Of a stretch of DNA of 64,000 nt, positions 8,691 to 18,805 are shown one piece after another (the first letter of the stretch is position 1; the number at the start of each line of letters is the position of its first letter). The DNA comes from an uncultured Acidobacteriota bacterium. GTDB lineage: Bacteria > Actinomycetota > Acidimicrobiia > Spongiisociales > ZC4RG35. The notes beneath the pieces are model-generated. The model saw only the letters and a list, made by a program, of their open reading frames with translations, made no database searches and was not told where the DNA came from. The stretch covers positions 128,001 to 192,000 of the forward strand of contig CAWHEU010000025.1 of NCBI GenBank assembly GCA_963828465.1. The letters run 5' to 3'. Position numbers and translations under genes: made by a program.

Positions 8691-9095
8691 TCACCCCGCG
8701 GAGGCGGCCGATTCTCGCCCGTGCCCGATCCGACCCAGGTGTGTGTCTTGAAAGCCAGTCGGAAGTTTGAGCCCGTAGCCAAGGGCGCGATCCATGCCGA
8801 CATGCGCCAGCAGCAGAGCTCCCGCCAAAAGCCCGAAACGCCACTCCAACCACCAGCCAATCCCGAGGAGGGCACCGGCAACGATGAAGTTGTGTACCGC
8901 GTTGTAGGTCAGCGCTCCGATGCGGTCGTTGGCCAGGTATCCGATCATCGAGACATCTGGGAGCAAAATGAATACCACCAGCCAGAGCAGCGACCCATCA
9001 TTGGCGAACCAGATGGCGATTCCACCGACGAGCGCTACCAAAGCCTCGCCCCGAAGGATTGCTGAGATCACGTTCGTGGGTTGTCGGGAGGTCAT
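8691..9095 (-). CDS. DUF4260 family membrane protein
   Basis: LPDVSMIGYL, YNAVH, AHVGMDRALGYGLK, FQDTHLG. Confidence 0.88.
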   Translation of the reverse strand: MTSRQPTNVISAILRGEALVALVGGIAIWFANDGSLLWLVVFILLPDVSMIGYLANDRIGALTYNAVHNFIVAGALLGIGWWLEWRFGLLAGALLLAHVGMDRALGYGLKLPTGFQDTHLGRIGHGRESAASAG

Positions 9096-9260
9096 GGATT
9101 TTCCATTCACTTAGGTGATGTCTGTTCAGAAATCGCGCTCGAGCCCATTGCCAACCGGCGCCCAACGCATAACCCACCATGAACAAAATCCCGGAGACGA
9201 TTCCTTTCCATAGCGCCATTGACGACACACCCGGAACCTACGCCGCCGGTTGTGACGCTC

Positions 9261-9297
9261 ACCTCGGGTTCACAGCCCCGAAGGTGCCGAGGTTCAC
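9261..9297 (+). repeat. Degenerate copy of the palindromic element end
   Basis: ACCTCGGGTTCACAGCCCCGAA matches 33608-33629 at 18/22. Confidence 0.4.
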
Positions 9298-9331
9298 ATC
9301 CCGCTCTTCCGTCAGCGGCGGTCGGGGACTC

Positions 9332-9799
9332 CTAGGGGAGGTTGCCGGCGCTGGTTTTCGGCCAGGTCCTCGCGTAGTGGAAGATGGCGACGAGGAGCGC
9401 GACCTCGACTGCACTGCCGAGGATGTAGTAGTTCCACTCGCCCACGGCACCGGCGATGATCGTGAGCGCGTAGATGATGCTCAGTGCCATATTGCTGATT
9501 CGGTTGACTCTTGGTCGGAGAACCAGTGCACCGAACACCATCAGGCTGGGGATCACGATGTAGATCGTCGTCGCCAACAGGAACGTCTCGTTGACGGTGA
9601 ATCCGCCGACCACCCCAGCCTCTATGTCGGCTCGGACATCGGCTCGGAAGAAGCCGAAAATGTCGACGTAGGCGAAGACGAACAGCATCGCCGTCCATAG
9701 CGCCGAGATCTTGATCCTCACGTTCACTCTGAACGGTTCGAATTCCGTCTCGGCGGTCTTTGGTGTGATCTGGGTCTGGGTGGCCATGCGCCTCTCCAT
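9332..9799 (-). CDS. DUF6326 family membrane protein
   Basis: VNVRIKISALWTAMLFVFAYVDIFGFF...YARTWP. Confidence 0.85.
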   Translation of the reverse strand: MERRMATQTQITPKTAETEFEPFRVNVRIKISALWTAMLFVFAYVDIFGFFRADVRADIEAGVVGGFTVNETFLLATTIYIVIPSLMVFGALVLRPRVNRISNMALSIIYALTIIAGAVGEWNYYILGSAVEVALLVAIFHYARTWPKTSAGNLP

Positions 9800-9812
9800 T
9801 CGTCGCCGGGTG

Positions 9813-9847
9813 GCTTACTAAGTAATCCTACGGGTTACTTAGTAAGC
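9813..9847. promoter_or_regulatory. Double TetR operator in divergent promoter
   Basis: GCTTACTAAGTAA and its reverse complement TTACTTAGTAAGC; each half is itself palindromic (TTACT-N-AGTAA). Confidence 0.75.
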
Positions 9848-9856
9848 TGTCAAGCC

Positions 9857-10552
9857 GTGACGCTCGCCAAAGACCCTAAACCTCGCCCGCCCCTGACCAG
9901 AGAACGAGTCTTTCAGGCTGCCGTTGATTTGGCCGATCGAGACGGTCTCGGTGCCCTGACGATGCGTCGTTTGGGGACTGAGCTCGGCGTCGAGGCGATG
10001 TCGCTCTACAAACACGTCACCAACAAGGAGGAGATCCTCGACGGCATCGTGGAGGTCGTGGTGGGAGAGATCGAGACTCCACGAGAGGGGGCCGACTGGA
10101 AAGAGGCAATGAGACAGCGGGCGATCTCGGCCCGCGAGGTGCTCAGCCGCCACTCGTGGGCGATCGGACTGCTGGAAGCTCGCGATTCGAAGGGGCCGAC
10201 GGCATTGCGCTACATCGACTCGATCCTCGGGAACCTGCGCTCGGCCGGCTTCTCGATCGAGAACGCCGTCCACGCCTTCTGGCTCCTCGACAGCTTCGTC
10301 TACGGACAGGTGATCCAGGAGACGAACTTGCCCATCAGCAGCTCGAAGGAGATGACCGAGTCGACGGGATCCACCCTCGAGCAGGACACGATGGATCAGT
10401 ACCCGCATCTCGTCGAGATCGGAGAGCACGCAATGAGATCCGACTACACCGTCGACAAGGAGTTCGAATTTGGCCTCGATCTCATCCTCGAGGCACTCGA
10501 CCAGAACTCGATGTCCGTCACCTCGTCCCAAAGCACGAGCGCCCCGGGATGA
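9857..10552 (+). CDS. TetR/AcrR regulator with TetR_C domain
   Basis: LTMRRLGTELGVEAMSLYKHVTNKEEIL; EFEFGLDLIL; leaderless TAAGCT-N8-GTG. Confidence 0.93.
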   Translation: MTLAKDPKPRPPLTRERVFQAAVDLADRDGLGALTMRRLGTELGVEAMSLYKHVTNKEEILDGIVEVVVGEIETPREGADWKEAMRQRAISAREVLSRHSWAIGLLEARDSKGPTALRYIDSILGNLRSAGFSIENAVHAFWLLDSFVYGQVIQETNLPISSSKEMTESTGSTLEQDTMDQYPHLVEIGEHAMRSDYTVDKEFEFGLDLILEALDQNSMSVTSSQSTSAPG

Positions 10553-10599
10553 CGAGTCGTCGAGGTTGCCGAGTCGAACCCTGATTCGACCCTCCTCGT

Positions 10600-10643
10600 T
10601 TGACGCCCGAACTGGGTTCCTCCTACGATTCACTGTAATCAAT
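10600..10643 (+). promoter_or_regulatory. SigA-type promoter with overlapping palindromic operator
   Basis: TTGACG-N18-TACGAT; ATTCACTGTAATCAAT at 10628-10643. Confidence 0.7.
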
Positions 10644-10666
10644 AGGTTGAAGGAATTGTCCTGCTC

Positions 10667-11461
10667 ATGAGTGAATCGGAGCCATGGGGGTCCGCCCTCT
10701 CGACCACATCCGCCGACCGCATTTCGATCCGTGGATTCGACATTGCCGAGCTGGCCGGAAATGTGGGCTTCGCTTCCGTCCTCTACCTGCTCTATGTGGG
10801 TGAACTCCCCGAGCCGGGGCCAGCCCGACTCTTGGATGCGCTGATGGTGGCTTCCATCGACCATGGACCGGCCACACCGTCGGCATCGGCGGCTCGTCTG
10901 GCGATATCGGGCGGAGGGTCTCTACAGGCAGCCGGCGCAGCCGGTCTTCTCACCATGGGGAGATACCACGGTGCGGCGGTGGAGGACGCTCTCGACACTC
11001 TCCAGGTCGTGATCGCCGGGTCGGACGAGGGTCGGGAGGTCGCCGGGGCCGCCGAGCAGGTAGTACGCGAGCGCTTGTCCGCAGGGATGCGCGTGTCCGG
11101 CTTTGGGCACCGCGAGCACAAGGAACGCGATCCCCGTGTCGTCAGGTTGTTCGCCGTGGCCGATGAGACCGGGGTCGCCGGTCCACATATCGAGGCTTGC
11201 CTTGCGGTTGAGGCCGCGTTGAGCCGGGTCACCGGAAAAGAGCTCCCGATCAACATCGACGGGGCCTTGGCCGCAGCACTCGGCGATCTCGGTTTTCCGC
11301 CCAAGTTCACCAACGCCGTCTTCATGGTCGCCCGTCTCGCCGGCGTCCTGGGACACGCCGCCGAGGAACGCGAGATGTCGCCTATGAGGCACATCGACTT
11401 CCAGGATCCCGGATACACCGGGCCAGCTCCGAGATCGCTCCCCAAGGAGGAGTCCCCGTGA
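10667..11461 (+). CDS. Citryl-CoA lyase-like protein (citrate synthase fold)
   Basis: IDHG, GRYHGAA, SGFGHR..KERDPR, PINIDG. Confidence 0.88.
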   Translation: MSESEPWGSALSTTSADRISIRGFDIAELAGNVGFASVLYLLYVGELPEPGPARLLDALMVASIDHGPATPSASAARLAISGGGSLQAAGAAGLLTMGRYHGAAVEDALDTLQVVIAGSDEGREVAGAAEQVVRERLSAGMRVSGFGHREHKERDPRVVRLFAVADETGVAGPHIEACLAVEAALSRVTGKELPINIDGALAAALGDLGFPPKFTNAVFMVARLAGVLGHAAEEREMSPMRHIDFQDPGYTGPAPRSLPKEESP

Positions 11462-13218
11462 ACGAAACCGTCGCAGCTCAGCTGGTGGATTACCTCGCCG
11501 ACCGCGGAGTCAGACACGTCTTCGGCCTTTGTGGGCATACCAACATCGCTGTGCTGTCGGCGATGGAGCACAGCCCGGTCGAATTCATAAATGTCCGCCA
11601 CGAACAGGTTGCCAGTCACGCCGCCGATGGATACGCCCGGGTCACCGGCAAGGCGTCAGTGTTGTTGACCCATCTGAGCCCGGGCCTCACCAATGCCGCG
11701 ACCGGAGTCGCCAACGCGGCGCTCGATTGCATTCCGATGGTGGTGATCGCCGGGGATGTCCCGACGTTCTATCACGGCAAGCACCCCCATCAGGAAGTGA
11801 ATCTCCACGCGGACGGCGCCCAATTCGAGATCTACCGACCCTTCGTCAAGCGTGCCTGGCGGGTCGACACACCGGAGTTGTTTCCCGAGATCATGGAGAA
11901 GGCTTTCTCCCTGGCCGAGTCGGGCCAACCGGGGCCCGTGTTGGTCGACGTGCCCATGGACGTCTTCTCTGCGCAGATCGACCCAGCCCTCTTTGCCCGA
12001 TTGGCGCACAACACCAAGGACCTCGTGCCCCCGTCGATGGACGACGAGACCGCGGAGAAGATCGTCCATCGCCTCGTAGCGTCGGACCGGCCAGTGATGT
12101 ACGTGGGTGGGGGGATCCATCTGGCCCGGGCGTCGGAGGAGTTGCGCACCTTCGTCGATCACATGTCGATCCCGGTCGCCCACAGCCTCATGGGCAAGGG
12201 CGCCCTGCCCGATGACCATCCGCTCGTGCTTGGCATGACCGGCTTTTGGGGAACCAGCCTGGTCAACCAGGCGTGCCTAGGAGCCGACACGATTCTCGCC
12301 ATAGGCACCCGGTTCAAGGAGGCCGACAGCAGTTCCTGGTACCCCGGTTACACCTTCGATATACCGAAGGCTCGCCTGATTCACATCGACATCGAGCCCA
12401 GCGAGATCGGAAGGAACTTCCCTGCCGACCTCGGGGTGGTCGCAGATGCCAGGGCAGCTCTGAGAGTGCTGAACCGAGTCGCGCGAGAGCTCTATCCCGA
12501 GGGGCGCCCGCCGGGCGAGGAGGCCGCAGCCATCCTCCGGTTCAGACGCGAATTCGAATCATCAAATCGGGCTATGGCGACGAGCGACGACTGGCCGATG
12601 ATGCCGGAGCGAATCCTGGCCGACACCCGGGCCGTCCTGCCCGCCGACGTCTACCTCACCACCGACGTCGGGTGGAACAAGAACGGCGTTGGCCAACAGT
12701 TCCCCATTCTCACACCGGGCACCTTCCTGACTCCGGGTGGGTTCGCGACCATGGGATTCGGACCGGGTGCCGCCATTGGTGCCAAATTCGCAGCCCCGAC
12801 TAGGACGGTCGTCTCCCTGGTCGGCGACGGTGGCTTTGGCCAGAACCCGGCAATGTTGTCGACGGCGGTGGAGCATGATCTCGGCATCACGTGGATCGTG
12901 ATGAACAACAACGCCTACGGGACCATTGCCGGTCTTCAGAAGGCGCATTTCGGCACGACGTACGGCACGACTTTTCCAGGGGCGATCGGTTCGGCATTGC
13001 CCGACTACGCCGCGATCGCCAGGGCGTATGGAGCCGAAGGCATCAAGGTCGAAGCCGCCGATCAGTTTCGGCCGGCGCTGGAGAAGGCATTGGCCATGGA
13101 GCGACCGGTCGTGATCGATGTAGCCATGGTCAACAATCCGACCCCGACCACCGGGCACTGGAACATCCTCGACATCTATTCGCCAGGTGAGGACGTGTCA
13201 CACGTGGCGACCGATTGA
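11458..13218 (+). CDS. Thiamine diphosphate-dependent enzyme (ALS/IolD-like superfamily)
   Basis: FGLCGHTN, RHEQ catalytic Glu, GDGGFG...NN ThDP motif; GTGA overlap. Confidence 0.92.
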   Translation: MNETVAAQLVDYLADRGVRHVFGLCGHTNIAVLSAMEHSPVEFINVRHEQVASHAADGYARVTGKASVLLTHLSPGLTNAATGVANAALDCIPMVVIAGDVPTFYHGKHPHQEVNLHADGAQFEIYRPFVKRAWRVDTPELFPEIMEKAFSLAESGQPGPVLVDVPMDVFSAQIDPALFARLAHNTKDLVPPSMDDETAEKIVHRLVASDRPVMYVGGGIHLARASEELRTFVDHMSIPVAHSLMGKGALPDDHPLVLGMTGFWGTSLVNQACLGADTILAIGTRFKEADSSSWYPGYTFDIPKARLIHIDIEPSEIGRNFPADLGVVADARAALRVLNRVARELYPEGRPPGEEAAAILRFRREFESSNRAMATSDDWPMMPERILADTRAVLPADVYLTTDVGWNKNGVGQQFPILTPGTFLTPGGFATMGFGPGAAIGAKFAAPTRTVVSLVGDGGFGQNPAMLSTAVEHDLGITWIVMNNNAYGTIAGLQKAHFGTTYGTTFPGAIGSALPDYAAIARAYGAEGIKVEAADQFRPALEKALAMERPVVIDVAMVNNPTPTTGHWNILDIYSPGEDVSHVATD

Positions 13219-13229
13219 AAGGAGCCGGC

Positions 13230-14637
13230 ATGACGCGGGAGATCACAGCAGAAGAACGGGACCTCGCCGCCACGATGCTCAGTCGTGCCAGAGCCGCCAT
13301 GGCCGAGATCGCCGACTACGACCAGGCAAGGGTGGACAGGTTGGCCCAGGCAATCGGGTGGGCCGTGGGCAACGAGGCGACCTTCACTCGACTCGGCCAG
13401 ATGGGGGTCGACGAGAGCGGAGCCGGTGATCGAGCCGGACGTCCGGCAAAGCGATTCAAGATCCACGGCATTCTCCGTGACGCCCTACGTCAGCCCAGTG
13501 TCGGCGTCATCGAGGAAGACCCGGAGAAGGGGATCGTCAAGTACGCCAAACCGGCCGGAGTCATTGCCTCGATCGTCCCCATGACGAACCCGGCCCTCAC
13601 CCCTCCAGGGACCGCCATCAACGCGATCAAGGCGAAGGATGCAGTGATCTTCTCGCCTCATCCCCGCACCAAGCGCACGACGTACGAGACGGTCGAGATC
13701 ATGCGCGCTGTCATGGCGCGGGAGGGCGCCCCGGCGGACATCTTCCAATGTGTCGAAGAGCCATCCATCCCGCTGGCCCAGGAGCTGATGGCCGTTTGCG
13801 ACATGACCCTTGCCACCGGCGGGCCCGCAATGGTCAAGGCCGCCTACAGCTCGGGCAAACCGGCGTTCGGTGTTGGTCAAGGGAACGCGACGATGGTGAT
13901 CGACGAGACGGCCGACATCGAGGAAGCCGCTCGCAACACCCGACTCTCCAAGACTTCCGACTTTGGGTCAGGTTGCTCGGCGGACGGCAACATCCTGATC
14001 GACGACACGATCTACGACCGATTCGTCGGCCAATTGGAGCTCGAAGGCGGATATCTCGTCACCCCCGAGGAGAAGGACCTGCTCGAACGCGCCATGTGGG
14101 CCCCCGATGGCACCCGCACTATCGAGACCGTCGCCCAGCCTGCCTCCAAACTGGCGGTAGAGGCAGGGTTCGCCATCCCTGATGACCGGCTGTTTCATCA
14201 TCGTCGAGCAGGAGGACATTGGAAAAGAGCACCGCTTCTCGGGCGAGAAGCTGACCTCAGTCCTTTCCGTGTATCGCTATCACGGATTCGAGGACGCACT
14301 CGACAAGGTCCGTCGCATCTACCAGGTGGCCGGGGCGGGCCACTCCTGTGGCATCTATTCGTTCGACGACGACCACATCGATCAGCTGGCGCGTGTGGCG
14401 CCGGTCAGCCGGATCATGGTTCGCCAACCTCAGTCGAAGGCCAACGCAGGATCTTTCACGAACGGCATGCCGATGACGTCCAGCCTCGGCTGTGGCATCT
14501 GGGGAGGCAATGTCACCAACGAGAACATCAGTCTCAAGCATTTCATGAACGTCACCTGGGTGAGTCGTCCCATCCCGGAGGACCGGCCGTCGGAGCAGGA
14601 GTTGTTCGGTGAGTTCTACGGGGCGGAGACCCCGTAG
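13230..14637 (+). CDS. CoA-acylating aldehyde dehydrogenase (SauS/AdhE-ALDH-like); frameshift near 14195
   Basis: PMTNP, FSPHP, ATGG, AYSSGKPAFGVGQGN, GSGCSAD; C-terminus (GEKL, GHSCG, SLGCGIWGGN) in ORF 14182-14637; one extra T in a TTT run. Confidence 0.88.
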
Positions 14638-14646
14638 GGATCGACG

Positions 14647-15486
14647 ATGAGCCGGCCTGAGTTCTCACTCGCATATCTGACCGCCTTCGGGACCGCTCCG
14701 GCCCGAATGGTCGACATCGCCGCCGAGACCGGTTACGACTACGTGAGTCTGCGTCTGACGCCGGTAACCGACCAAGAGCCGACATTTCCCTTCTTCACCG
14801 ACCCATCCGTTGTTGCCGACGTCAAAGCACGAATGGCCGACACCGGGGTCTCGGTGCTCGACGTCGAACTGATCAGGGTCGGCCCGGACGACGACCCTGC
14901 CGAATATGGGAGCTTCATGGAGATCGCCTCCGACCTCGGTGCCCGGCATCTCATCATGCAGCTCCCCGACCCCGATCGGAGCCGCGCTGCAGAGCGGTTC
15001 GCCCAAACTTGCCAGATGGCGGCGCCGTACCGCATGACCGTCGATCTCGAATTCATACCGTGGTCCACGACCGAGGATCTCGCCGCCGCCGTCGAGATAG
15101 TGACCAAGGCAGATCAGCCAAATGGGGGCGTGCTCATCGATACCCTCCATTTCGCCCGGTCCAAATCATCAGTTGCAGACCTGCAGCTGCTGCCCGAGAA
15201 CCTGTTCAATTTCGTCCAGCTCTGTGACGCCCCGTTCGAGGCTCCCAGGACACATGAAGGTCTGATCAATGCCGCCCGCACGGCTCGAAGCCTTCCCGGT
15301 CAGGCGGGCCTCGATCTGCGGCCTCTGATGGACGCCATCCCGAGGGTGCCATACTCGCTGGAAGTGCCCAACGACGTCATGCGGAACGATCTCGGGGTGG
15401 AGGAGTTTGCCCGACGCGTCCTGCGCGCCGGACAGACGTTCTTGGACCGGGACGAAACCGAATCGGCCAGGATCCGGACAGCACCG
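14647..15486 (+). CDS. Xylose-isomerase-like TIM barrel protein (AP_endonuc_2; IolE/AsbF-type fold), in frame with aroQ
   Basis: LEFIPW, LIDTLHF, QLCD, RSLPGQAGLDL, SLEVPN. Confidence 0.82.
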
Positions 15487-15942
15487 ATGACCACCGTCCT
15501 GGTGATGAACGGCCCGAATCTGAATCTGCTCGGGACTCGCGAACCGGGTATCTACGGGTCGGAGACACTCCCCGAGATCGTCGGCCGGCTTCGCGACCAC
15601 GCCACCGCTCGCGGAGTCGAGCTCAAGGATTTCCAGTCGAACACGGAGGGCGATCTGGTGACGATGCTCCACACCTCACGCGAGGAGGTGGACGGCGTGA
15701 TCCTCAACGCTGGGGCGCTCACCCATTACAGCGTCGCTCTGAGAGACGCCATCTCCGGGACGGGATTGCCAGTGGTCGAGACCCACATCTCGAACGTGCA
15801 CGCTCGGGAAGAGTTCCGCAAGACATCGGTGATCGCACCGGTCTGCGTTGGCATCGTGGCCGGATTCGGCGCCGAGAGTTATCTCGTGGCATTCGACGGG
15901 CTGATCCGGTACTTGGAGAAGCACGGCTCTGTCGAGGCCTGA
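15487..15942 (+). CDS. aroQ: Type II 3-dehydroquinate dehydratase
   Basis: NGPNLNLLGTREPGIYG, FQSNTEG, NAGALTHYS, VETHISNVHAREEFR. Confidence 0.95.
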   Translation: MTTVLVMNGPNLNLLGTREPGIYGSETLPEIVGRLRDHATARGVELKDFQSNTEGDLVTMLHTSREEVDGVILNAGALTHYSVALRDAISGTGLPVVETHISNVHAREEFRKTSVIAPVCVGIVAGFGAESYLVAFDGLIRYLEKHGSVEA

Positions 15943-15952
15943 CCGGCCGAGG

Positions 15953-17256
15953 TCAGAACGAAGCCCAGATCTTCTCCGTGTCGAGACCCCGACCGGCGAG
16001 CACATCCGATGGCGCCGTCGGGGAGGCCAGATGCAATCGCCCCAGTCCGACGATGTCGGTCGCTCCCGATCGCACCCGGCCTGGGCGACATTGGGCATCC
16101 ATTGCTGGAGGTAGCTGTACCCCGAGCCCACCACGAGCGAGTCCCGGCACGGCTTCCTTCAATCGCCTGGTCACATCGAGATGCCTGGCCACCCCAACAA
16201 GGGGATCCTCCGGTGGCAGGTACTCCCCGGGTGACACATTCAGGGCGGGTCTCTGCAGGTGACGCGCGTTGTAGGGGCTCGACCCGGTGATGCAGACCGG
16301 ATTGACCCCCATGTTCACGCATCATCGTCAGGAGTCTCACCGGCTCGCTGAGATCGATGCTGTGCCCGCTCTCATCGGTGCCGAACCAATAGCGGTAGTT
16401 GCCATCGGTGATCGGACGACCCACCCCGTGTTCATCCGCGACATGGGTCACGGTGTCGAAGGCACTGAGACGGAGGGCGAGCCGAATACCGGGGACCGCA
16501 GACTTGGCCCCTGACACGATGGAGGTGAGAAACCGAACACGGTTCTCGAACGACCCACCGAAATCCCCCGGTCGCTCGAATGCGCCGAGCAGCTCGTGAC
16601 CGAGATAGCCATGACAAGCCTTCAGATCGACGAAGTCGAATCCAGCTTCTGCCACGAGCCCCACTGCCGCGACGTAGGTCTCGATCAACCCGTAGATCTC
16701 ATCGTCGCCGAGGAGTGGCTGGCTTGGTGGCGGACCGACAGTCCGGTCGAGATAGGGGTGATGACGTACCGACACCGGTGAGCTCACGGCATGTGGCTTG
16801 CTGTATCGCCCGGAATGAGTGAGCTGCAGTCCAACCTTGAAATCCGCTGAGTCGCCATGAGCCTGGCGGTGGGCCTCGACGGCCGCCAGACGGAGCTTCT
16901 CGAGACCGGGCAGCGTGCTTCGGTCGACCAGCAACTGCTGGGGAGAGCTACGACCGTCGGCGCGCACTGCGGCCGACTCTCCCCAGATCAGCTTGGCGCC
17001 GCTTCGCCCCAGCCTCCGCCAGCGTTCCAAACTGGCATCCGTGGGATTCCCTTCCTCGTCGCTGTCCCATCCCTCCAGAGGGAGGATGCAGAACCTGTTG
17101 CCCACGACGAAATCCATCGATATCGACCGGCCAGCTCAGCGGGCCCGATGGGGCGGGCTCGAGGACTGCGTCGAAGGGGATCGCCACGCCCAGATCCTGA
17201 ACTCGGCTCTCGAATTCGCCAGGCGTGGTCATGGAGCGCAACGGTCTATACGGCAA
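15953..17256 (-). CDS. NADH:flavin oxidoreductase (old yellow enzyme family); several frameshifts
   Basis: NRFCILPLEGWD, GLQLTHSGR, GFDFVDLKACHGYLGHELL, FGGSFENR; N- and C-terminal parts in adjacent frames. Confidence 0.82.
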
Positions 17257-18051
17257 GGTCGAGCCCCTTCATCGTCGATCGCATAGCTGAGGAACTCGAT
17301 CTCCAGGGCCAGGTCGTGATTCGACACCTTGGTATGCACCGATCCGTGATCGAGGTTGGTGACGACCGTCGTGTTGCGCAGCGAATAGCGATCGGACCGA
17401 TCGGCCAACGCCGGCCAGTCTCTCGTGGAGGTCACGCACCAGCCCGGCCGATTCGAGGGTCACTCCGTAATGCCAGATGTCGTCTCCCGCCAAGCGCGAC
17501 CTGAACATGCCTGTGTCCAACGCGCTCATCTCGGACATTCATTGATTCCCGGGCAGACATTGCATCAAATCCGAAGGTCAGCACGGCGGTGGATGTCGAA
17601 GACCTCGAGCTCGAGGGCCCGCCCCTGATATCCGACCCACACCTGAGCCATCTCGACAAACGCACCCACACGATCCTGGAAAGCCTCCGAGGCGGGAATT
17701 CGCTTGGTTCCGACGACACTTGCCCCCAATCGGTCCGCCCAGATCGGGACACCCTCCAGGTAGATGTCGAGCGGCTCGGCGATGCTGAATCCGATATGAG
17801 CGACATCCGACCCCGTCGGTTGCATCCAGCACTGCCTCGACCAAATGCGGCTCGCCGCCGAAGAACTCTTCCATGAGCGACCGTTGCCCGACCGACCTCA
17901 GCTCCGTTGCGGCCATGATCGATGTCATCAGATCACTCCCGATGCCACGAGTCAGCGCCGAAGCGCTGTCGAGTCCCTTGAGGGCGAGCACCCGCTTGTG
18001 CCTCCGGCGCCAAAGCCGAATCCTGGCTCTGCTCTCGGCCACCCGCCTCAT
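17229..18051 (-). CDS. Hypothetical protein, possibly VOC/glyoxalase fold; about 3 frameshifts
   Basis: Stitched frames give AHIGF, LELEVFDIH, IWHYGVTL, LEIEFL; tightly packed between livF and the flavin oxidoreductase. Confidence 0.5.
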
Positions 18052-18058
18052 CGCCGTA

Positions 18059-18805
18059 TCAAGCCGGCTCGTCGATCTTCACCAACCCGCCGAGGAACAG
18101 GCTTCCGATCTGCGGATGCTCGAGGATCTCGTCCGCCCGCCCTTCCAGGACCGCCCGGCCTTGTTGGAGAACGATCCCGAAGTCGCTCACCTCCAGCGCC
18201 TTCTTCGCGTTTTGCTCGATCATCAACACCGTGATCCCGGTCTCGACGAGGCCCCGGAGCAGACCGAAGACCTGGCTGACGAGGAGAGGCGACAAACCGA
18301 TCGAGGGTTCGTCGATCAAGAGGAGACGTGGCTCGAGGAGAAGGGCCCGACCCACCTCGAGCATCTTTTGCTCCCCCCCGCTGAGGGTGCCCGCCTGTTG
18401 GTTCGACTTGTTCGCCAACACCGGGAACTGCTGAAAGGCAATGGTGTCGATCCGATCACGGGTCAGTTCGAGATCCTTGAGGCTGACGCCGCCCAACTCC
18501 AGATTGTCTCTCACCGACATGCGGGGGAAGATGTTTCTGCCCTGAGGGACGAAGGCGATACCCCGGTTCAACAACTCCAACTGTGGCGACCCGACGATGT
18601 CGTCGCCGTCGTAGACGATTCGACCCGACTCGACCTTCACCATGCCGAACACGGCTTTGAGTGCCGTGGACTTGCCGGCCCCGTTGGGCCCGATGACCGT
18701 CGTCATGGAGTGACTGTTCACGTCGAAGGTGGTCTCGTGGAGCACGGTTGCCATCCCGTATCCGGCCACGACCGCATCGAGCCGGAGTATCGAGGTGTCA
18801 GGCAC
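18059..18805 (-). CDS. livF: Liv-type ABC transporter ATPase
   Basis: GPNGAGKST, VPQGRNIF, LSGGEQ, DEPSIGL. Confidence 0.92.
   Translation of the reverse strand: MPDTSILRLDAVVAGYGMATVLHETTFDVNSHSMTTVIGPNGAGKSTALKAVFGMVKVESGRIVYDGDDIVGSPQLELLNRGIAFVPQGRNIFPRMSVRDNLELGGVSLKDLELTRDRIDTIAFQQFPVLANKSNQQAGTLSGGEQKMLEVGRALLLEPRLLLIDEPSIGLSPLLVSQVFGLLRGLVETGITVLMIEQNAKKALEVSDFGIVLQQGRAVLEGRADEILEHPQIGSLFLGGLVKIDEPA

Noticed and set aside
11458-14637. Xsc/SauS taurine or sulfoacetate pathway
   Set aside because: The ALDH resembles SauS-type acylating enzymes, but there is no sulfite exporter, taurine transaminase or phosphotransacetylase nearby; the context is shikimate-family enzymes.
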